A stretch of DNA of 64,000 bases from Bacteroidia bacterium (lineage in GTDB: Bacteria > Bacteroidota > Bacteroidia > JABEUT01). Below the pieces are notes generated by a model. The model was not told the origin of the DNA. It did no database searches and was given only the letters and a program-made list of their open reading frames with translations. Where the stretch lies: contig JBKQUY010000025.1 of the NCBI GenBank assembly GCA_052325425.1, positions 1,321 to 65,320 on the forward strand, read 5' to 3'. The translations under genes and the position numbers were made by a program. Shown piece by piece: positions 57,596 through 64,000 of the stretch (positions are counted from its first letter, which is position 1; each line of letters begins with the position of its first letter).

Positions 57596-60157
57596 TTGCA
57601 TAGGGAGAATTTTATATATAAATTGAAGGTTTCCAGGTCATTGAACCATTGGCTAACAGCAGTTTTTTTGTTGCTGATACCTTTAATGGCGTTTTCTCAG
57701 TCATCGGTTACTTTGAATTGTAGAATAACCGAGAATGGCAAAAAACTTTCCGGTGTTGTGGTATCAATTTACGCTAATGGAAGTCTTCTTAGAACTGTCA
57801 ATACTGATAATGGAAAGTGTGATATAGATCTTGAACTGGGTGTGGATTATATTATTGCATTTACTAAACCCGGTTACATTACAAAACGCCTGGAGTTCAA
57901 TACAAAAAATGTACCTCCTGACAGGGCAAAAGAAGGATTTGGACAATACCCTATTGAAACTGAATTATTTCCGGAAATACCCGGGACCGACATTGATAAA
58001 ATACTTCAGCAACCGGTGGGTAAGTTTTCATATGACAAAAGCGCAAACAAGGCATTAGGAGATTTTGTATCTGATGAAGCTTATCATCAATCCATTCAAA
58101 GTATGTTGGATAAGATAGAAGCGGCAAGGAAAGCAGCAGAAGAAAAAGAGAAAGTGATTGACGCGCAATACAAAAAAATTATTGCTAAAGCAGATGGAGA
58201 GTTTGGCGCTAAGGATTATGCAAATGCTAAAACTGATTACCAGGCAGCTTCGCAATTGAAACCCGAGGAACAATATCCAAAAGACCAGCTTGCAGCAATA
58301 GACAAAGCCATAAACCAGGCCAGCGCTGATGCGGCAAGAAAAGCACAACAGCAAAAAACCGCAGACTCATTAGCTGCAGCCAAAAAAGCGGCGGATGCAA
58401 AAGCATCGGCGGATGCGGCGAAAAAAGCACAACAGCAAAAAACTGTGGACTCATTAGCGGCGGTTAAGAAAGCGGCAGCAGACAAAGCTGCAGCAGATGC
58501 GGCAAGAAAAGCTCAACAGCAAAAAACTGCGGACTCATTAGCGGCAGCTAAGAAAGCACAACAGCAAAGAACTGCGGACTCATTGGCCGCCGTGAAGAAA
58601 GCGGCGGCGGACAAAGCAGCAGCAGATGCAGCAAGAAAAGCACAACAGCAAAAAACTGCGGACTCATTGGCCACGGTTAAGAAAGCGGCAGCAGACAAAG
58701 CCGCAGCAGATGCAGCGAGAAAAGCACAACAGCAAAAAACTGCTGATTCATTAGCGGCGGTTAAGAAAGCGGCAGCGGACAAAGCGGCAGCAGATGCTGC
58801 AAGAAAAGCTCAGCAGCAAAAAATTGCTGATTCATTAGCGGCAGCTAAGAAAGCACAACAGCAAAGAACCGCTGACTCGCTAGCTGCTGCTAAGAAAGCA
58901 GCAGCGGACAAAGCTACAGCAGATGCGGCAAGAAAAACGCAACAGCAAAAAACAGCGGACTCATTAGCGGCGGTTAAGAAAGCTCAGCAGCAAAGAACCG
59001 CTGACTCACTGGCCGCTGCCAGGAAAGCGGCAGCGGACAAAGCGGCAGCAGATGCAGCCAGAAAAGCGCAACAGCAAAAAACTGCTGATTCATTAGCGGC
59101 AGCTAAGAAAGCTCAACAGCAAAGAACCGCTGACTCGCTAGCCGCTGCTAAGAAAGCGGCAGCGGACAAAGCTACAGCAGATGCGGCAAGAAAAGCGCAA
59201 CAGCAAAAAACTGCTGATTCATTGGCAGCGGTTAAGAAAGCTCAGCAGCAAAGAACCGCTGACTCACTCGCTGCTGCCAGGAAAGCGGCAGCAGACAAAG
59301 CCATAGCAGATGCGGCAAGGAAGGCACAACAGCAAAAAATTGCTGATTCATTAGCGGCAGCTAAGAAAGCTCAGCAGCAAAGAACCGCTGACTCGCTAGC
59401 CGCTGCTAAGAAAGCGGCAGCAGACAAAGCGGCGGCAGATGCTGCCAGGAAGGCACAACAGCAGAGAACAGCCGACTCGTTAGCAGGAATAAAAAAAGCA
59501 GCCGATAAGGCTCGTAATGATAAACTGGCAGAACTAAAAATACAAGCCAAGTACGATTCTCTTATTAGAATAGCAGATGCCGCTTTCAAAAAGAGTAATT
59601 ATTCTGTCGCAAAATCCAACTATTCTTCAGCCTCTGTAGTTAAACCAGGAGAATCATACCCTAAGAATCAGATAGATTCCATTGCAAAGTTGCAATCTGC
59701 TCAAAGTGCTCAAAATGACAAGTATAATGCAATCATATCCAAAGCAAATCAAAATTATTTTACTAAAAACTATAAGGTCGCTCTCACTCTGTACCAACAA
59801 GCTTCTCAATTAGAGCCAACTGCAAATTATCCTAAACAACAAATAGCCAAGATTCAATCAATTATATCAGACCAGCAAAGTCCGTCAAATAACCAAACGC
59901 AACCACCACCCCCACCTAAAGATATTCCTTCAGATTCTTCGGCAGTGGATTCTTTAGCGCTCAAATACAAACCCGGTGTTACGGAAGAGCACATTTATGA
60001 ACCGGGTTGTGAGGTTACCCGCCGCATTGTTGTAAAAAATGGACATGGCTGGGTTTATTTCCGGAAAGTATATAATTGGGGACAAACCTATTACTACAAG
60101 GGTGAACAACCTGTTACAGAAGACACGTGGAATGTTGAAACACAAAACTCAAATTAA
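57596..60157 (+). CDS. secreted protein with carboxypeptidase-regulatory-like N-domain, TPR-like motifs and a ~390-aa array of tandem Ala/Lys/Gln-rich repeats
   Basis: Signal/TM segment. About 13 copies of ADAARKAQQQ(K/R)TADSLAA(A/V)KKA[AADKAA] units. Confidence 0.6.
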   Translation: MHRENFIYKLKVSRSLNHWLTAVFLLLIPLMAFSQSSVTLNCRITENGKKLSGVVVSIYANGSLLRTVNTDNGKCDIDLELGVDYIIAFTKPGYITKRLEFNTKNVPPDRAKEGFGQYPIETELFPEIPGTDIDKILQQPVGKFSYDKSANKALGDFVSDEAYHQSIQSMLDKIEAARKAAEEKEKVIDAQYKKIIAKADGEFGAKDYANAKTDYQAASQLKPEEQYPKDQLAAIDKAINQASADAARKAQQQKTADSLAAAKKAADAKASADAAKKAQQQKTVDSLAAVKKAAADKAAADAARKAQQQKTADSLAAAKKAQQQRTADSLAAVKKAAADKAAADAARKAQQQKTADSLATVKKAAADKAAADAARKAQQQKTADSLAAVKKAAADKAAADAARKAQQQKIADSLAAAKKAQQQRTADSLAAAKKAAADKATADAARKTQQQKTADSLAAVKKAQQQRTADSLAAARKAAADKAAADAARKAQQQKTADSLAAAKKAQQQRTADSLAAAKKAAADKATADAARKAQQQKTADSLAAVKKAQQQRTADSLAAARKAAADKAIADAARKAQQQKIADSLAAAKKAQQQRTADSLAAAKKAAADKAAADAARKAQQQRTADSLAGIKKAADKARNDKLAELKIQAKYDSLIRIADAAFKKSNYSVAKSNYSSASVVKPGESYPKNQIDSIAKLQSAQSAQNDKYNAIISKANQNYFTKNYKVALTLYQQASQLEPTANYPKQQIAKIQSIISDQQSPSNNQTQPPPPPKDIPSDSSAVDSLALKYKPGVTEEHIYEPGCEVTRRIVVKNGHGWVYFRKVYNWGQTYYYKGEQPVTEDTWNVETQNSN
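58321..59480 (+). repeat. in-frame tandem DNA repeat (42-bp subunits, 84/126-bp units) inside 57596..60157
   Basis: Repeated gcagatgcggcaagaaaagcacaacagcaaaaaactgcggactcattagcggc... with minor variants. Confidence 0.75.
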
Positions 60158-60242
60158 GTAATATTTATAGTCTATTTAAGGGATAATAGGGTTGTTTATA
60201 TTAAATAAATTACTACCTTTGCACCCCTTAAAAATTGTTTAA

Positions 60243-60803
60243 ATGGCAACAACAGGAGATATTGGCGTTGGTTCTATTATCCGTTTCAATGGTGAATTGT
60301 GTTCTATTATTGAGTACCAACACCGTACGCCGGGTAACCTCAGGGCATTTTACCAGGCTAAAATGAGAAACCTTAAAAACGGTAAGCTGGCTGAATACCG
60401 CTTCAGGTCAGGGGAAGTTGTAGAGACTGTCAGGGTAGAGTTTAAGCAACTGCAATATATTTACCAGGAAGGCGATTTCATTGTATGCATGGATAACGAA
60501 ACTTATGAGCAGGTGCATGTTCCAGCCATTTTATTTGGCAAAGGTTCCCAGTTTTTAAAAGAAGGCATGGAAGTAAAGGTCGCTTTTGAAGGCGATACTC
60601 CTATATTGGCAGAACCACCCGTATTTGTAGAACTTGAAGTTTCCTATACCGAACCAGGTGTAAAAGGCGATACGGCAAACAGCGCTACTAAACCGGCTAA
60701 GGTTGAAACAGGCGCCGAAGTTTATGTACCTCTCTTTGTAAACCAGGGAGATAAAATCAGAATAGATACCCGTACGGGAGAATATTGCGAACGTGTAAAA
60801 TAA
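60243..60803 (+). CDS. efp: elongation factor P
   Basis: 186 aa. IRFNGELCSIIEYQHRTPGNLRAFYQAKMRNLKNGK conserved EF-P N-terminus. Confidence 0.9.
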   Translation: MATTGDIGVGSIIRFNGELCSIIEYQHRTPGNLRAFYQAKMRNLKNGKLAEYRFRSGEVVETVRVEFKQLQYIYQEGDFIVCMDNETYEQVHVPAILFGKGSQFLKEGMEVKVAFEGDTPILAEPPVFVELEVSYTEPGVKGDTANSATKPAKVETGAEVYVPLFVNQGDKIRIDTRTGEYCERVK

Positions 60804-60821
60804 CATCTTAATTAAACAACA

Positions 60822-61079
60822 ATGGCAAATCACAAATCATCAATTAAACGTATCCGTTCAAACGAAGCTAAAAGGCAGCGTAACCGCTACCAGGCAAAAA
60901 CTGTCCGTACACTTATTAAAGATGTAAGGAGTATTGAAAAGAAAGATGAAGTATTGAAAGATCTTCCTAAAGTTCTTGCTTCGATTGATAAGTTGGCTAA
61001 GAAAAATGTGTTCCACAAGAACAAAGCAGCCAATCTGAAATCGAAATTGATGAAAAAGGCTAATAAGCTCTCGAAATAA
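60822..61079 (+). CDS. rpsT: 30S ribosomal protein S20
   Basis: MANHKSSIKRIRSNEAKRQRNR... basic 85-aa protein matching S20. Confidence 0.85.
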   Translation: MANHKSSIKRIRSNEAKRQRNRYQAKTVRTLIKDVRSIEKKDEVLKDLPKVLASIDKLAKKNVFHKNKAANLKSKLMKKANKLSK

Positions 61080-61103
61080 ACTGTCAGTAATAGAAAAACT
61101 GCA

Positions 61104-61137
61104 AAGTCCTGGAAATATTCAGGACTTTTTCTTTTTA
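61104..61137 (+). terminator. rho-independent terminator after rpsT
   Basis: AAGTCCTGgaaatattCAGGACTTtttcttttt. Confidence 0.75.
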
Positions 61138-62145
61138 TATATTCAGGTTCTTCCAGATAGTATCAATAAGCTCAGGAATGCCCTGCTTCGTCAAAGAAGA
61201 GAAGAACACTACCGGCATATTTTTAATAATCTTATCCCCTTTTTTAAGTTCTTTTTTCAATTCTGCCTGTAGTTCTTTATCCGCCATATCGCATTTTGAT
61301 ATTCCAAGTATTCTTTTCTTATCAAGTAACAAAGGATTGTACTTTTCAAGTTCAGATAATAAAGTCTTATATTCTTTCAATATATCACCTGAATCGCATG
61401 ATACGACAAAGAGCAGTATAGAATTTCTTTCAATATGTCTCAAAAATCTTAATCCAAGTCCTTTGCCTTCATGAGCGCCTTCAATAATGCCAGGTATATC
61501 AGCCATTACAAAAGAATAATTATCGTAAGCTTTTACAATACCAAGATTGGGGACAAGTGTAGTAAACGGGTAATCTGCAATTTCAGGCTTTGCAGATGAC
61601 ACAACGGATAATAATGTTGATTTTCCCGCATTTGGGAAACCCACCAATCCCACATCGGCAAGCAATTTCAGCTCAAATATTTTCCACTGGGTATAACCTG
61701 GTTCCCCGGGTTGGGCATAACGGGGTGTTTGCTGGGTCGGGCTTTTAAAATGGTTATTACCCAATCCACCCCTGCCACCACTCACCAATATGCGTTCTTC
61801 CCCATCAAAAGTTATTTCAAAATCCTCCTTCCCGGTATCAAAATCTTTTACTATGGTACCAACCGGCACTTCCAGAATTTCATCATGGCCATTTGAGCCT
61901 GTCCTTAACTGGTACGACCCCTTCTCACCATCGCTCGCAATAACATGTTTACGGTATTTCAGGTGCAGAAGCGTCCATAATTGTTTATTTCCCCGTAAAA
62001 TAATATGGCCTCCTCTCCCTCCATCGCCACCGTCCGGGCCGCCCTTAGAGACCATTTTATCACGATGAAAATGTACAGCCCCTGCTCCACCCTTACCGGA
62101 GCGGCAGCATATTTTCACATAATCTACAAAATTTGATTCTGACAT
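61135..62145 (-). CDS. obg: GTPase Obg/CgtA
   Basis: Obg fold N-terminus ([10 protein letters not shown]...). G-domain [16 protein letters not shown]. Confidence 0.9.
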   Translation of the reverse strand: MSESNFVDYVKICCRSGKGGAGAVHFHRDKMVSKGGPDGGDGGRGGHIILRGNKQLWTLLHLKYRKHVIASDGEKGSYQLRTGSNGHDEILEVPVGTIVKDFDTGKEDFEITFDGEERILVSGGRGGLGNNHFKSPTQQTPRYAQPGEPGYTQWKIFELKLLADVGLVGFPNAGKSTLLSVVSSAKPEIADYPFTTLVPNLGIVKAYDNYSFVMADIPGIIEGAHEGKGLGLRFLRHIERNSILLFVVSCDSGDILKEYKTLLSELEKYNPLLLDKKRILGISKCDMADKELQAELKKELKKGDKIIKNMPVVFFSSLTKQGIPELIDTIWKNLNI

Positions 62146-62172
62146 ATACTCCTGTTCTTTTCTGCCGGCTGT

Positions 62173-63576
62173 TTAAGCCACAGTCTTGCCAGTAGCGGCA
62201 AGTATTTCATCTGCGTCCGCATCTGACGTTGCCTCTGCATATAATCTTAACACGGGCTCGGTTCCCGAAGCCCTTATCATCATCCATTCATCATTATTAA
62301 AGAAGAATTTATACCCATCCAGGTCTTCAATTCTTTCAACTTTAAATTTCCCGAATGAAGTATATTTATTTTGCCTGCAGTTTTGCAATATAAGCTGCTT
62401 CTTATCTTCGCTTATATGCATATCTATTCGTTTGTAGGCAAACTTACCCGTAATTTTAGTTACTTCTTTGATGAGCTCATCAAGGCTTTTCCCTGTCCTG
62501 GCCATAAATTCCATCAAAGTAAGGCCAATCCATATTCCGTCGCGCTCAGGTATATGGCCTTTTATAGCCATTCCGCCAGACTCTTCAGCGCCGATAAGCA
62601 CATCTTCCGATATCATTACACCGCAGATGTATTTAAAACCCACTTTCACCACTTCTAAAGGCAAATTATAATGTTTGCATATTTTCTTTATCTTCTCGGT
62701 TACAGAAAAAGCCACACAAACTTTACCACTCATCTTTTTGTATAAAACGAGGTAATGAATGAGAAGTAAAATAATGTTATGTGAGTCAATAAAATGCCCT
62801 TTGCCATTATATAAGCCAATTCTGTCGGCATCACCGTCAGTCGCAAGTCCGAAATCAAATTTCTTCGACTTTTTTATCCATGCTTCAAACTCTGTAAGGT
62901 TACGCTCAATTGGCTCAGGCGGGGTTCCGCCGAATGAAGGATTATAAACACAATGTAATAAAGCAGCATCGGGGAATAGCCTTCGGATAACATTCTGCCC
63001 TGCGCCATACATTGAATCGTATGCGATAGAAATACCTGATTTTTTAATAAGTTTAAGGTCAAAATTCTTTTCAACCATTTTACAGTACAGTGTTTCCAGG
63101 TCAGTGTAATGGATGAGTTTTTTATCTATGTATTCCTGTAAATCCGGTAATTTTGTATCAACCGTACTTCTGTCCTCAATAAGTTCTTCTATTTCCTTTA
63201 CATTTTCGGCAAGCAATGGGCCTCCATAATTGCCTTTTAGTTTATACCCATTATATGAACCGGGGTTATGGCTGGCTGTAATTATTATTCCCAATGTAGC
63301 TTTGTGGTGAACTACCCCAAGAGATACCATAGGAGTTGACACAAAATTGTCTGACAAGAATACTTTAATATTGTAGTAAGCAAGTACTTTAGTAACTGTT
63401 TCGGCGAACATTTTACCGCCAAAGCGGCAATCGTAACCCACCACTACAGAAGGCTTTGTATTATCTTTAAGAAGCCAGCGTGCGGTAGCTTCTGCCACGC
63501 GGGTAACATTTTCAATGGTGTACTCTTCGGCAATAATTGCCCTCCAACCGTCGGTGCCAAATTTTATCGGGTTCAT
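62173..63576 (-). CDS. phosphoglucomutase/phosphomannomutase-family phosphohexomutase
   Basis: Active-site TASHNPGSYNGYK. Mg-binding ATDGDADR. Confidence 0.85.
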   Translation of the reverse strand: MNPIKFGTDGWRAIIAEEYTIENVTRVAEATARWLLKDNTKPSVVVGYDCRFGGKMFAETVTKVLAYYNIKVFLSDNFVSTPMVSLGVVHHKATLGIIITASHNPGSYNGYKLKGNYGGPLLAENVKEIEELIEDRSTVDTKLPDLQEYIDKKLIHYTDLETLYCKMVEKNFDLKLIKKSGISIAYDSMYGAGQNVIRRLFPDAALLHCVYNPSFGGTPPEPIERNLTEFEAWIKKSKKFDFGLATDGDADRIGLYNGKGHFIDSHNIILLLIHYLVLYKKMSGKVCVAFSVTEKIKKICKHYNLPLEVVKVGFKYICGVMISEDVLIGAEESGGMAIKGHIPERDGIWIGLTLMEFMARTGKSLDELIKEVTKITGKFAYKRIDMHISEDKKQLILQNCRQNKYTSFGKFKVERIEDLDGYKFFFNNDEWMMIRASGTEPVLRLYAEATSDADADEILAATGKTVA

Positions 63577-63737
63577 TTACATTTACGTTTTATAGAGCAA
63601 AATTAACCTATATCTGCAATTAGCAGGACGTTTTCTGTTAGTTCAATAAATATTTTATTCTTGCTTCATAACAAAATTTTATTATCTTTGTTAGGTTCCA
63701 TTGGTCACGAATGTAACTGGAATAAAGGTATTTCAGA

Positions 63738-64000
63738 ATGGTAAAAACTACATTTCAAATATTTCGTTTTTACAATGGTACTATCCCAAAGTATTTTTTT
63801 AATAAGCTAAGACATATCTGGCTTCCCGTTTTATCTATTGCATTAAGCCATTCCTGTCTTTTCGCTCAGAATGCCAAATACCGTGATAAAGATGAATCTG
63901 ACGGACCATTAAAATATTGGTTTATGGGAATTGAAAATGCACGTGAAACATTAGGAGTAACGAAAGAAGACTACATGGTATTTCTGCGCTTTTCTGAGGT
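63738..64000 (+). CDS. hypothetical secreted protein, 5' partial (continues past window end)
   Basis: My translation from ATG 63738: MVKTTFQIFRFYNGTIPKYFFNKLRHIWLPVLSIALSHSCLFAQNAKYRDKDESDGPLKYWFMGIENARETLGVTKEDYMVFLRFSE. Open to the window end. Confidence 0.35.
   Translation, partial: MVKTTFQIFRFYNGTIPKYFFNKLRHIWLPVLSIALSHSCLFAQNAKYRDKDESDGPLKYWFMGIENARETLGVTKEDYMVFLRFSE

Noticed and set aside
58237-59589. Several 70-90-aa minus-strand ORFs (Ala/Cys/Phe-rich) antisense to the tandem-repeat protein
   Set aside because: These are frame artefacts of the repetitive GC-rich repeat DNA on the opposite strand of a much longer, coherent + strand ORF.

Overview
This 64-kb window is an AT-rich chromosomal segment from a Bacteroidota genome (likely Sphingobacteriia/Chitinophagia). 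The assignment rests on T9SS C-terminal sorting domains, TAnnTTTG-type promoter motifs upstream of tRNAs, SusC-free but OmpA/TolB-like and TPR-rich proteins, and a Bacteroidetes-style exonuclease+GIY-YIG fusion. Gene content in order: two tandem TlpA-like thiol-disulfide oxidoreductases; a tRNA-Pro locus with degenerate tRNA-like tandem copies and an embedded GIY-YIG gene; a phosphate cluster (phoB-like regulator, porin, pstSCAB, phoU); rluD; an OmpA/TolB-like protein; a WecA-family transferase; two paralogous T9SS-secreted adhesin-like proteins, one 1458 aa; a peculiar 1.2-kb repeat-laden noncoding region; groES-groEL; a GT9 heptosyltransferase; rsmI; an LMW-PTP; dnaA with an adjacent AT-rich putative oriC; Nudix; a glucosaminidase-LysM protein; tRNA-Gly preceded by a tRNA-like pseudogene; an Exo-GIY-YIG nuclease; a PIF1-like helicase; an acyltransferase; a TPP riboswitch-controlled thiS-thiC-tenI/thiE-thiD-thiE-thiG-thiH-thiF operon; a second GIY-YIG gene; a TPR-PP2C sensor phosphatase with a SiaC-like (DUF1987) partner; nnr; a protein with ~13 tandem Ala/Lys/Gln-rich repeats; and efp, rpsT, obg and a phosphohexomutase. 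The most unusual signals: (1) an identical 24-30-bp perfect GC-rich palindrome inserted in-frame in two unrelated CDSs (thiD and the PP2C sensor), with a further GC-rich in-frame insertion in thiE; (2) a conserved ~100-bp palindromic TTTGATGAT/ATCATCAAA element ending 28-30 bp upstream of both groES and groEL; (3) an iteron-like cluster of nATGCCAAA 9-mers in a 1.2-kb noncoding region; (4) a ~100-bp inverted-repeat-bounded MITE-like element in two copies; (5) GIY-YIG genes associated with tRNA-derived repeats. Several ORF-track starts are TTG/GTG. I give revised ATG starts where a better start is evident.
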